This document shows, piece by piece, positions 1 to 12,762 of a stretch of DNA of 64,000 bases. The DNA is from Chrysomallon squamiferum (taxonomy: Eukaryota > Animalia > Mollusca). Within the stretch, counting starts at the first letter, position 1. Each line of letters begins with the position of its first letter. The stretch lies in contig CM022676.1 in the NCBI GenBank assembly GCA_012295275.1, positions 15,500,001 through 15,564,000 on the forward strand, given 5' to 3'. Below the pieces are notes generated by a model. That model made no database searches and was not told the DNA's origin. It saw only the letters and a program-made list of their open reading frames with translations. The position numbers were made by a program, and so were the translations under genes.

Positions 1-903
1 TTTTTTAATCTTTGTAAGTCTTAATTTTTGGTATTGTTATTATTATTATTTTAGTAATTTATTTATTATTATTTTTAAATAACATTATCTTTATAATTCA
101 GTTCACTTCTTTTTCTTTTTTTTCAAAACAGTTTTCTGTTCCAAACTAATGAAAATAGATGTTGCTGGTTTATTTGTAAACTATTTAATTACTGTAATTT
201 TTATAATTTTTTAGTCAAATTGTGTTGCTGTCCAGCAGACTTTGGATTATGAAACTATTTTAAGTTTGTTGATGAAATTATTTATTTACTTCAAGTTTTC
301 ATTTTATTTATTTATTTATTCATTTATTTTTTATTATTCTTTTTTATCTATTATTACAATTATTATTCAATTAATTTAATAATTAAATGTGTTTGTGTTT
401 GAGAAAACCAAGCTCAGGTTTTTAAAAAAATATTTCATATATCAGTCTGTGTGTGGGGAATTCACTCACAATGTGACATGAAAGTGTGAGGTGACCATTG
501 TCCAGTTAGTGTCATTGTTTTAGTACAAGTTTATCAACACCACTATTAATCATCAATGAAATAACTTTTTTCAGACAAGTGCGACTAACATATTTTTTGA
601 GATACTAGAAATAAGAGTGAAATAAATTTGATTCAGACAGAAAACTGAAAATCTATAAATGAACTCATTCTGACATCTGTGAGCTGTAGCTAAAAGTAAC
701 TGCTGCAATCTGGAGTTTTACTGTGCAACATGAACATTTATTTTATATATATCTATTATAATCTAGTGTTTTTTCCATTCCAACTACAGATGTCGTGCAG
801 TTTGTAGTATGTACTGCTTACAAAATAACAATTGTATACTTTTTAAAATTCTGTTTTTAACTTATATTTACTATTTAAACACAGATTTATGGTTGTCTAA
901 CCC

Positions 904-952
<49 letters not shown>

Positions 953-1493
953 GATTATTATTATTATTATTAAACATTTTTGAAATCTCTGGTAAAATTA
1001 TCATAAAACTATTTTTTACCATTCCAACTAGTATCTTTGACAGTTCATTTTATTTTTATGACTTCTCCTTATTATATTCAGTTGACTTTAACTACAGGTT
1101 TTAGCCTAAAAGTATTGATATAAAGAATTACTCTAAAGCAAACTCTGTTTCTATAGTAACATACTAGAATACTGCAGTGGTTTGATTTACATACCTTTCA
1201 GTTGTACTTTGTAATACCTGTAGGTTTGTTTATTAGTTCAAAACAAGTACAGGATAAAATTACATAATTTTATTTAGTATTCTGAATACTTGCAGTGTTT
1301 GTACCTCCATCAAGATCCCCGAAGACTTGAACTAAAAACAAACAATGAAATGTGTTCATGAAAATAGAATAATTTGGTGCAGGATATCAAATACCTGTTG
1401 TTTTAGCTCTGAGTTCTCAGTGATTTTCCTTCTTTTTTTTTCTTTTTTTTTATCTGCATGTTTATTTATTTATAGATTTATTTCCCTTATAAA

Positions 1494-1527
<34 letters not shown>

Positions 1528-1690
1528 TACCAATAATCACACACAAAACACTCGAAAAATAAAATTCACACAACACGTATATGAAACAGACACACATATA
1601 AACATGAATATTTAAAAAGAAATAGAATGTTTTGTTGACTCAGATGTCCATACCACTAGGATACTTAATAATGTATTATTATTATTGTTA

Positions 1691-1742
<52 letters not shown>

Positions 1743-1748
<6 letters not shown>

Positions 1749-2088
1749 CATCATTTTCATTATCATTATTATTATTATTTTAATAACAGTACAGCCAAAA
1801 TTATTATACAAATGTTTGTTGTTTTTCTTGAATACATATTTTATCTATTTATTTGTTTGTTTATTTTCTTATATATTTATTTATTTACTTTTCAAATGCA
1901 TTATTATTAGTAGTAGTATTTTTAGTATTATTATTATTATCATCATTTTCATTATCATTATTATTATTATTTTAATAACAGTACAGCCAAATTATTATAC
2001 AAATGTTTGTTGTTTTTCTTGAATACATATTTTATCTATTTATTTTTTCTTTATTTTCTTATATATTTATTTATTTACTTTTCAGATG

Positions 2089-2098
<10 letters not shown>
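1743..2098. repeat. Tandem duplication of a ~190-bp AT-rich unit (2 copies)
   Basis: tattatcatcattttcattatc...taataacagtacagccaaa...gaatacatattttatctattt...atgcattattatt occurs at ~1743-1908 and ~1936-2098. Confidence 0.85.
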
Positions 2099-2127
<29 letters not shown>

Positions 2128-2813
2128 ATTGTATATTGTATATTGTAATTTGTCCTATTTTTTTTCTGTTTTTCACTCTATTTCCTGTTATTATTATAAT
2201 TAATTAGAAACTAAATTTTATATTTGATAAATGCATTTTTTATACAGCATAGTGTTAATCATTGCACTAATTATGTTTTCATTGTAAAACAATTGTTAGA
2301 TCTAAAGCAGCCAATGATCAATAATGTAAATAATGCATAGAAGTCCCTTATTCTGATTATTCATATTAAATCCAATTATCTGAAGAGGTATATTTGAGGT
2401 TGCATTGAGCTCTTTATTTCAGATTAAGCTTTTTATAGCTGATGTTTTCATATATTTAATTTCTCATTTAACTACTTAAGAATACTAGATATTTGGGAAT
2501 ACATTTATGTTTTGAAAGTTGTGACATGTTTTATACAAAGTGGTGTGAAAAATGTTTATATTTAAAACTAATGGTAGATGATGGGCATAAAAGAAAACAA
2601 CATATATTTATATTTATTACCTTGTTGTTTTTTTCTAGTTTTAACAATTATTTTCTTTAATTTAAAAAAACAAAAACAAAATCTGTTTTTGGAAAACTAA
2701 TGAACAGTAAAGTGGTGAGAGAGATTTAGTGGGACAGACTGAATATGAGAGAGAGAGAGAGAGTTACGCAATTTATTTTTATTTATTTATGGTCACTGTT
2801 TCTTCTTCTTCTT

Positions 2814-2844
<31 letters not shown>

Positions 2845-3894
2845 TTATTATTATTATTATTATTATTATGATTATTATTGCCATGATAACAGATTATAAG
2901 AGTCTTATAGCTGCAAAAATTTAGTACTTGTATCTTTCTGACTGGCGTACATATTGCAATCTTATTTCGCACCTACTCTTTATGATGGTCACCCTGTTTT
3001 GAACGGTTCCTTGAGTAAGAATAACTGACAGGTTATATAAATATGTCCGTCCGGCTGTGTATCTGTCCATCTACTAACTTTGTATATGCCTGTCTTATTA
3101 TTATTACCACTGTTGTAGATATGAATACACTGATATTGGCGAATGGAAAATAACTAAAATTATCTTCTGATGAGGAACGGTAGATCCTCTCGCATCATTT
3201 TCATTCTTAACTTAAAGATTAAAAAACTTGAGTAATTATTTGCTGAAAATTCGAAATGTATATAAAAATAATAATAACAAAATAAATAAATAAATAAATG
3301 AAATAAACACCTCGTTATATCTTCATTTTATCCCATTAAAAAGAAACGAAAATACACAAATCAGTAGATATTACCTTACAATAATTACATATTGATAGTT
3401 GTTTCTTCAGCACCTGTTTTGAAAAGTCTGTCTGATTTTTGACGTCTCGTATATTGTCTTTAGAAAACTTTTTGTAATAGATATTACACATCTTAACACA
3501 CGTGTCAAATTCAAGGTTAAACGGTGAATTAAAATAAGACTACGTTGCTTTACACTTAAACTTTTTACTTTTTGCGTTCCTTAAATGAATTATCATTTAA
3601 AATTATAATTTAAAGTTTTACAGGCAAGAGATTATCATTTTATTTATATAGAAATTGTAGAAGTAATAGTAGCAGCAGTAGTAACATCAAATGAATTTTA
3701 AAAATCGGAATGATATTTTCGTGTTATGTCATTAAAATAAATAAAGTATAAACAACACTATTAATAGTAACAATAATTAGAGAACTAAGTGGTAAAACAT
3801 AACAATTAATTAGATATATTACCTAGTCACTAAACACGTGAAATATAAACAGCAATTACAACGACTTGAAACACTGATGAAAGGAACTGTGTCA

Positions 3895-4748
3895 TCACGA
3901 CTGGATTATTGCAATTGACCACTTCAGGGTTTCCCTAGCATCTTGCTCAACGAAACACGATGTGTGCAGAATAAAGCAGCACACACTGTTGTCGTTGTTG
4001 AAAAGAGTTTTACGTTCAGGGACAGCTTCATCAAACTCGAATTGAATTTGAAACGATTTCTGAGAATTAATTTCAAGATTTTCGAATTCTGAAAGTGATT
4101 GCATACTCTCTAGGAAATTCTTTTTGTCGAAAGGATGTCCCAGTGACAACAAATCTTCATTCAGTTCAGTATGCATGTCGCTCAATTCGTTGTGACTTAC
4201 GTTGTTATTGGGAAATATTATATCGTCATATATATTATAGCTATTGGTGACGTCATTATGGTGTTGATTATTTATCGCATTACTTTTATTCTGGTAAGTG
4301 GTGACATCTTTTTCGCTCTGTTTACTTCTGATGTCACTGTCCTACTGGTATCCTGTGTCGTTTTTAATCCGGGTGTTTGTGACGTCATTTTCAATTATGC
4401 TAGTTGTCACGTAGTTTACATTTATGTAAACTTGTGACATCAGTCGGACTGTCGGTGATGTCATTTTGATATTCATTATTTATCAGGTCATTTGTGACAT
4501 CATTTTCATTTTTATTATTGTTGACGTCATTTTCATTCTATTTGCCTTCATTCGGGTTTGTTGTGACATCATTTTCACTTTTATTATTGTTGAGGTCATT
4601 TTCATTCGCCTTACTCACCAAAGGAGTTACTGGACTGGTCGGGGGGAAAAGTAGAACTTTTATTCACAGCCATCGGGTAGAATTATCGAAGCTTTCGTCG
4701 CTTTTCTCAGATCTACAGAAATCATCTTCTCTACATCTGTCCCTGCAT
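3895..4748 (-). pseudogene. Decayed large exon encoding Asn/Asp/Thr-rich ~9-aa repeats (NENDVT-like), downstream of the CBM14 exon
   Basis: Acceptor tcttag at 4749-4750, phase 2 matches the upstream exon. Reads GCRDRCREDDFC...ANENDLNNNKSENDVTT...NENDVNNNKNENDVTN... with TGA/TAG stops and one frameshift, then runs into ORF 3895-4185. Confidence 0.6.
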
Positions 4749-5023
4749 CTAAGAGAAGATATAAAAATAAGACAATTTAGCCAAAACGTGTTTGTGATTT
4801 CTGTATTGCCTCAGTCTTTTTAATTACAAAGAGAACAATAACGAGGATGATGATGATGATAATGATATTAATAATAATGACGATGGTGGTGATAATTATG
4901 ATGATGAAGCCAACAACAACAAATATAATAATAATAATCCGCGTTGCTAACATATAAATAAACACCAAATTGTTATATTTTCAGAATAATTATTTAAAAA
5001 TTGACTTTTAATTCAGTACTCAC

Positions 5024-5190
5024 CCACATTCTGACTTCTCCTTGCTGACACATCTGCCAATGTTGACGTCGTAGCAAACGTTGTCAGAGACGTCGCGGGA
5101 CAGCTGACGACACCGTAGTTTTCTTTGAAGCAAACGACAAACTGGGTGCAGTCGGGATGTTAGGCGTTGCCGCCGATCATGCAGTCAGAA
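5024..5190 (-). pseudogene. Chitin-binding peritrophin-A (CBM14/ChtBD2) exon, inactivated
   Basis: DCMIGGNA*HPDCTQFVVCFKENYGVVSCP, then shifted frame CYDVNIGRCVSKEKSEC; donor GG|GTGAGT at 5023; TAA at 5160-5162; no AG at the expected acceptor. Confidence 0.65.
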
Positions 5191-5301
5191 GAAACAAAAA
5201 CAACAACAAATAAATAAATAAATAAACAAACAAATTAATAAATAAATAAATATATATATATATAAATACAATATATATATATATATAATCCGAGATATAG
5301 A

Positions 5302-5449
<148 letters not shown>

Positions 5450-7009
5450 TGCATATGTGTGATGAATACATAGATAATTATGACCATAGACACATACAAA
5501 ATAAAGAAATAAATAAATAAATAAATAAGTAAATAGGAGGTTATAAGACATGACTTGATAAAGTACTTACATTTAAATAGCACCTAACTGAAGAAACTGT
5601 AACTATGGCAACAACAAACACAGCTGAAAGAGCCATCTGTAAATACAGTGAAATAAAAATACTTACTTAGATACATACATGTTTGCTGTTGCCTTTGTAC
5701 CATACACATATATATATACATACGTATATGCATACATACAACCATATATAAATATATAAATGCATATGAAGCAAACTTCTCTGTCATGTTGGTTTCGTTC
5801 ATACTTTAAACTGCATAGGCAGCGCACACAAGAAGGGACAAACAGTCTAAATACTCGCCCTTTTGTACTAAATCTTCGCCTTATTTTAACCCATGGCAAA
5901 TTTCAACTCGCCCTCTTCTCCATCTTTTTTCCTTTATTTTTTTATTTTGTTGTTCATTTATTTATTTATTTTTACTATTTTATTTATTTATTTATTTAAA
6001 TATTTAATAAATATATCACTTGGAAGTTGAAAGGATCGACACATCTTGACTCCATTTTTGTCCAAAGATCACGTAAATACATTTTGCGATAGGGCAGAGG
6101 ACTTCTGTTATTTTCATTTAATTATATTTTTTAATACATCATGTGACCGACTCTATGAACAGTAGTAGAAATGCATTGTTTTGCAGTTGTGGTCACAGTT
6201 CGAAAAAAAAAAAAAAGAAACAGTTCTTTTTAAATGTCTATAAACATTAAATTAACTGAGATGGACATGATAACTGTCCATACAGAATCAGTTGTTCAAT
6301 AAGAATTACAAACCAACGTAAGCAGTGGTCAGAGACTTCAGAAAGCAGGCTGCAAGTAATCATCCACAAATATAAGAAACGTTTTTGTTAAATAATTTTA
6401 TCAATTATAGGATGAGTCTATATATAATATTTTGATAAAGGGTTTATTTTATTAGAAACAGAACATCGATATATACATGCAGATGTTTAATGTTATGTTT
6501 GTGACAATGGTTTCGTCATGTCGTATTCTCATTTCGCTTTTACAAAATCTCACTTCGCCCTCATATGTTAAGAGAAAGATGTGACTTCTTCCTTTTTTCT
6601 TCTATCGTATCGTGAACCCTGCGTAGCTAAATCTTTCTGTTTACACAGTGTATTTGTTGTAAACTCTTCTATTAATTTAGGTTTGGAAAGTTCGCTCTTC
6701 CATTCGTACGAATTTATTAAGACAGTGCAAAATGTGCGCCATATACTTATTTATGCAGACATCTGCTTTTGACACTAAATCGAAATGAATGAATTCACTA
6801 ATAATTTTTATTTTATTTAACTGTATGTAATAATTACAAAACGTGTGACATCACTGTTTGTTAATCCTTAAAAGAAACGCGATCATTTAATATCGCGCCG
6901 TATCCTAATCACAAGCAAACTGCTGTTATTGTTTACAACGTGATCGTAATTGCAAAATTGTGTGCAATATTGACAACACTAATTATTATTTTGTTCTAGA
7001 ATTTTCTCC

Positions 7010-7470
7010 CGTGGAGATGTCACTTCACTGCCTGATGATTTCAACTCTGGGTTTAACTCCAACTTTGTTGGTAAACTTCGTTGTCTGCCGAATAAAAGCT
7101 AATATGGGGTTAATTGTGCTGAAGAATAATGAGACGATCTGTAGACAAACACGAATCCTGATATGTTTTCATTTCATTTATCTGGGTCTTGGTTTGCCTG
7201 CCTGGAGATGCCAGATTTCAGTGTCATAGTGTGCCTTTCAATAAACACACTGCTTTGTAGGTGTTAGGCAGAGTAGATATTTTGATTTATAAAACACCTT
7301 CCTTGGGAATGCTTTCAGCTTCTGGCGATTTGGAAATGTAATCAACCATAACAATTGCAATTTATTTCCACTTATATCCTCCTGTAAAGGGTCTATTAAG
7401 TCAATTTCAACTTTATTCATAATCTGCAAGATACGAATACAAAATGGTTGAACAGAAAATTTGAGCTCTA
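7010..7470 (-). mobile_element. Gypsy/Ginger-type retroviral-like integrase remnant
   Basis: KVEIDLIDPLQEDISGNK-(fs)-IVMVDYISKSPEA and FVYRSSHYSSAQLTPY*LLFGRQRSLP resemble the rve integrase core (V.IDL.GP....GNKY....VDYFSKWPEA; FAYR...H.ST...P..LLFGR..RLP); internally deleted, with stops. Confidence 0.7.
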
Positions 7471-8825
7471 ACATTCCCTGTTTTGAGTGAAATTCACTAA
7501 TTGCATTTTACATACTAGACAAACATATCACATTTTTAAGACACTTTTTATTTGTTTTCAACATTACATTAGATACAGCTCCACGCAATTTGTGTTTAAA
7601 ATAATAATAATAATAACTTACCTGAAAAGGTTCTGACACAAGTATTAGCTCAATGGGTGTTGTCTTGGAGAAGGCAGAGAAGTGAAAGGTCGCTCAGCTG
7701 AACTTCGGTGTCGCTCCTGCATCCCGCAAGTGAGTCTAAGGGAGGTCGATAACCACCTCAGCCGCCACAAGGACAAGCTTCAGTTCGTGGACGCAGTGGA
7801 GAAACTGGATAAGGTGGGCTGAACTGAACTGTTCACAACGAAATGTGGACTATATTCATCGCCATCACGAACTTATGCGAACTTATAGTGCTGTTCTCTA
7901 GACTGTATTAACTTATTTTAACTGTATTTAACTGTACATTCTGTTAAGCAAACTTATAGTGTTATTCTCTAGACAATGCAAATTATTAGATTATGCGTTA
8001 TGTTATGCGGACTTATAGTTCTGTTATTTTTATTGGGCCGTGCCCATTATTCACATAGATAGTGGGGTAGAGAGTATCTGGGTGTCTGACAGATGTGAGT
8101 CTGACTAATGGGGGAGGGGAACACCCTGGAGACAGCCTTTCTGAATTTACTTTGCAACTTTAATGCCAATTCTAAGTTTGTTAAAACCCAGTGTTTCTTA
8201 GTTTATTAAATAACTGAACTTCCCCTAATTATAATATAATAACCCATGTGCGTCTGCATACGACCTGCCCTGTATTTATCCCCCCTTTTTCTGACATTAA
8301 TTAGGTAAACATTTAAGACCTCGACAAATATAAATTACAAACCTGAATTATACAAGACAGCAAAACAAATATTATCGTAAATAATAATATACTTAAGATA
8401 AAATGTAGCAGACATTCTGCTTTAAAAGAACATATAAAAATAAGGTTTTGTTAATATTATATAATTCACTACATAGAAAACAAAATTACAATTAAAAACA
8501 AGTCTGGCAAAGAGGCACTAATGAGGTTCCGTCACAACAATAGTAAATACTTTAAAACCTGCTTCCTTTTTTTAAAACAATGCAGCTTGTTGAAATACAT
8601 AAGTAGATTGACTTCCTTGTTCGAGGAAAGTTTTGAACAAATTTCATTGGCTGCTCTAACAGGAAGAAGAAATGATTGTAGATAGCTAAGAAAAGTCAGA
8701 TTTTATGCAGTTCATAACATCCTTTTTGCGACTGCGTTAATTTGAAAATAAGTTATTGTTATTACTATTTCAGTTGATTTCTTTTTATATTACTATTGTT
8801 ATTGTTATTATTGTTGTTATTCATG

Positions 8826-8884
<59 letters not shown>

Positions 8885-9081
8885 GAATGTTTCACTGTCT
8901 ATCTTATGCGGTTTTCATGTTATTATAGTTACTCTTCATGCTGCTCTTAATAATAATTGTGTTTGATGTTGTTAGTATTATTATTATTGTTTTGTTATTA
9001 TTATTATAATTATTATTATTGTTGTTGTTGTTGTTATTATTTTTATTATTGTTTCAGATATTGCACTAGAATCATTCAGAC

Positions 9082-9148
9082 ATGCGGACAGAGATTTTCA
9101 TTTTCTATTTTTCTTATATAAGTATTGTCACTGTGCACTCGAATGCTG
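9082..9148 (+). CDS. Gene A signal-peptide exon (MRTEIFIFYFSYISIVTVHSNA)
   Basis: Acceptor tttcag ending 9057, ATG 9082, hydrophobic core, phase-1 donor G|GTAAGT. Confidence 0.75.
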
Positions 9149-9671
9149 GTAAGTTAAATTTAAACCAACCCACATATTTCTCCATCATTTTTATCTTATT
9201 CTTCTTCTTCTAAATAGTATTGTTTAGTAATTATAATATAGTGTCAGTGTCAATAATCATGGTTATTGTAATAGCAATACATTAAGGGAATATAATAGTC
9301 GTAATAATAGTAACAGCTAAAATAACAACAGTAGTAGTAACACAGTAATAATATCAGTTATACTACTACTAATAATTAAACTACTAGTACTAGCAGTACA
9401 AGTAGCAACAGCAGCACAGTAGTAGTTGTAGTAAAACGAGAATATATTTGAAAGTAATAGTTTTGGTAGAAAAAACTGCGGACAAACATTACTGAAATCT
9501 CTAACAACACTAGAGATATAACTGCATTTAATGTCAATAAAGTATTATTTTTTTTTTTTTTTATACATTTGTTTTCCCTTCTAAACAAATTGTGCTATGC
9601 TAACTCACTGATCAAATTTAACATGTTACTATTCTTACTCACATATCATATATAACCTGTTATTTTTTCAG

Positions 9672-9816
9672 TACCAATACGATTAGTGAATGGAAGAGGA
9701 ATACCAACACAAGGTCGAGTTGAGGTTCAAGTAAACGGGACGTGGGGAACAATGTGTGATGATTATTTTGATGAGAAAGATGCTTCTGTTTTAAGTCACA
9801 TGTTAGGATTTAGTCG
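9672..9816 (+). CDS. Gene A SRCR1 (type A) exon a
   Basis: VPIRLVNGRGIPTQGRVEVQVNGTWGTMCDDYFDEKDASVLSHMLGFSR; 145 nt, phase 1-2; conserved Cys changed to Ser (LSH vs LCH in paralogues). Confidence 0.88.
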
Positions 9817-10007
9817 GTAATTGTTTTATTGATTTATTTGCTTTTTTAATTACTTACTTATTTCTTGAACATAAATATTTTACGTAGATTTAGTTTGTTT
9901 AATTTTATTGACAATCAAAGATAGTGATGATGCATATCTGAGATTGTTTTCGACTGGATTACTAACAATAACAATATAAATTCAACAATAACAACAACAA
10001 CAACAAC

Positions 10008-10061
<54 letters not shown>

Positions 10062-10303
10062 TATAATAGCCAGAACAATATTTATACTACTGTTTTGGTA
10101 TTAAAAGACGTTTCTATTAAACGTTGTTGGAATCACTAAGAAAGTAATGACTTTCTTCTCGAAACTTTTGGACTAAAATGAAATCTGTTGAGTATGTTTG
10201 ATTTTGCTACACATACAATTTATTTTATTTAAGTGTTAATGCAACACCATATCAGTGTGGTATAATATTCATTTTACTATACATATTATTTATTTTAATT
10301 CAG

Positions 10304-10473
10304 TTTAAATGCCAAGTCATATGGAGGTGCTTACTTTGGAAAAGGTACTGGACGAATATGGCTTGATAATCTGAGTTGTGATGGAGATGAAGACAGTGTT
10401 GCAAAGTGTTCATTTCCTGGCTGGGGAAACCAGAACTGTGGTCACACAGAGGATGCTGGAATCAGCTGTCAGT
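10304..10473 (+). CDS. Gene A SRCR1 (type A) exon b
   Basis: LNAKSYGGAYFGKGTGRIWLDNLSCDGDEDSVAKCSFPGWGNQNCGHTEDAGISCQ; donor T|GTCAGT. Confidence 0.88.
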
Positions 10474-10486
10474 GTCAGTTTACATG

Positions 10487-10630
10487 TTTCTAACAGACTA
10501 GTCAATAGTGGAGGTATTTCAACACAGGGGGAGTTGAGATCTAACTTAACGATACATGGGGAACTGTCTGTGGTGAGAGATTTGACGACAAAGAAGCAGG
10601 TTTTATCTGTACATTTTTAGGATTCAGTCA
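10487..10630 (+). pseudogene. Gene A SRCR2 (type B) exon a, acceptor lost and 1-nt frameshift
   Basis: SNRLVNSGGISTQG then shift (ggggagtt vs ggtcgagtt in paralogues); only 13 nt from the previous donor. Confidence 0.85.
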
Positions 10631-10770
10631 GTAAGAATGTTTCACATTCAGTTAAACCGATTAATTTATAAACAATGATTAAGTATCAGCATTTTTATAT
10701 TAATATTGAAATTAGCCCGGAACACAGCTTCATTACTATTTGTTCTAACTTTGTGTTTTTTAACTCATAG

Positions 10771-10946
10771 ATTCAACGTAAAGACGTATAAGAATGCTCA
10801 CTTTGGAGAAGGAACAGGACCAGTGTGGGTTGATGATGTTAACTGTGTTAAAGTTAAAAATGGAGTGAATCACTGTTTTTTCTCTGGCTGGGGTAAAACA
10901 AACTGTACTCATCAGCAGGATTTGGGAATTAGCTGTTTCTCACACG
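10771..10946 (+). CDS. Gene A SRCR2 (type B) exon b
   Basis: FNVKTYKNAHFGEGTGPVWVDDVNCVKVKNGVNHCFFSGWGKTNCTHQQDLGISCFSH; AG/GT intact. Confidence 0.85.
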
Positions 10947-11253
10947 GTATGTTACTTTTGATATGTTCTTTCCTATTTTAAAACATCTTGCGTTATTTTA
11001 AAGTTTTATTTAATGAAACGCATATAATATTTTATTGAATAATATTCGTTAACCTTTTTAACACATTTGTTAGTGTATATACAATTAGCGGTCTACAAAG
11101 GATATGCAATATTTTATTTAGTGGTTGTGTTTTTTTATATATATGTGTTGTAATTCTTGAAGGTTCAAAATTAATATGAATGCATAAAATCAAAGTCGAA
11201 TATAAGTTTAGTTCGTTAATATATTAGCTTTTTCTTCCACTCTGATAATACCT

Positions 11254-11332
<79 letters not shown>

Positions 11333-11668
11333 AAGAATAATGGAAGAAAAAAAAAGAAGAAATATGGCCAGTACTTACTAGTAACAAAGCCACATATAGC
11401 ATATTAAGTAACCTCTCTCTCTCTCTCTGTCTGTCTGTCTGTCTGTCTTTCTCTCTCTCTGTCTCTCTCTCTCTCTGTCTGTCTGTCTGTCTAATATTAT
11501 ACATTAAACTACATACTTTTATTTTTAGAATTCCAGTTCGATAAAGCCTTCATGTCAATAAACTTGTTAAATCAGCTCCAGTATTTTTTAGTAAAAAAGA
11601 AAGAAACTAACCCGCCCAGTGATAAAAAGAAGAAAAATAAAAACGATAATAACATCTCTCTCTCTGTC

Positions 11669-11788
<120 letters not shown>

Positions 11789-11831
11789 AGTGTGTGCGTG
11801 CTCCTTAGTCAGTGTGTGTAACGTCAATTTG

Positions 11832-11901
11832 GTATCTCTATTACAAAACTCTCAACCTCTGGCAAATTCTCCAGAGGTTGAGACTTTTGTAATAGAGATA
11901 C
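11832..11901. repeat. Near-perfect inverted repeat (31-bp arms, 1 mismatch, 8-nt loop)
   Basis: gtatctctattacaaaactctcaacctctgg-caaattct-ccagaggttgagacttttgtaatagagatac. Confidence 0.9.
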
Positions 11902-12349
11902 TGGAAAAACTATCTCTGTATGTTCAGTACATTAGAAATAACACTTGATTTCTGTAATATATTACTCTTTTTAAATGTCGATTTTTGCTGATCATGGCAG
12001 ACATATCGTGTAGCAATATTAATTTCGATCCGCACTATAGTGTGAAAAAATACAATTTTGCAAAGTGTTAAAATTCTTTGGTCGGCTATCTGATCCAGTA
12101 TAATTATCACCATGCCGCATAAACATAAGTCTGTCTTGATGTGTACAGTCTGTGTATTTACCTGTATATTTACTTCTACACAGAAATACAAACATTCATG
12201 TATTTATTTTGTATACGTAAAAAAAGATGGATCTAATGAAACACAGTCTCATAGATAACCGGGTTTTGCGTTCAATAAAAACCAGATTATGTGTCTTCAT
12301 CACAACAACAACAAGGACAACAACAACAACAATAATAATAATAATAATC

Positions 12350-12406
<57 letters not shown>

Positions 12407-12617
12407 CACATTAAAAAACTCGCAGGTATAAAAAAATATATAAATAGATACAGAGATAGATACATAGATAGAGACATGCATACAGACATAAAAACATTAT
12501 GAAATTATGAATGTGGAAAAACATAATAAATAGGATAATGACTTCTTTTTACATTTATTTTCTTCACTTAAAGATAATTACAAATTAACGATTAATCCTT
12601 TCTTAAATTGATTTCAG

Positions 12618-12762
12618 TTTCTGTTCGATCGGTCAATGGAGGAGGAATTGCAACACGAGGCAGACTTGAAATAGAAAACAACGGGACATGGGGAACTGTC
12701 TGCGATAATGAATTTGACAACAGAGATGCTGCTGTCATTTGCTACACGCTGGGCTTTAATCG
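12618..12762 (+). CDS. Gene A SRCR3 (type C) exon a
   Basis: VSVRSVNGGGIATRGRLEIENNGTWGTVCDNEFDNRDAAVICYTLGFNR; 145 nt. Confidence 0.88.

Noticed and set aside
1345-2207. Poly-Y/I/L ORFs here and many similar ones (SLSLSL, ERERER, YIYIYI, NNNN) across the window
   Set aside because: Translations of (ATT)n, (CT)n, (AT)n and (ATTT)n microsatellites; no domain content or splice logic
4171-4823. Hydrophobic plus-strand ORFs resembling membrane proteins
   Set aside because: Antisense shadows of the Asn/Asp-rich minus-strand exon
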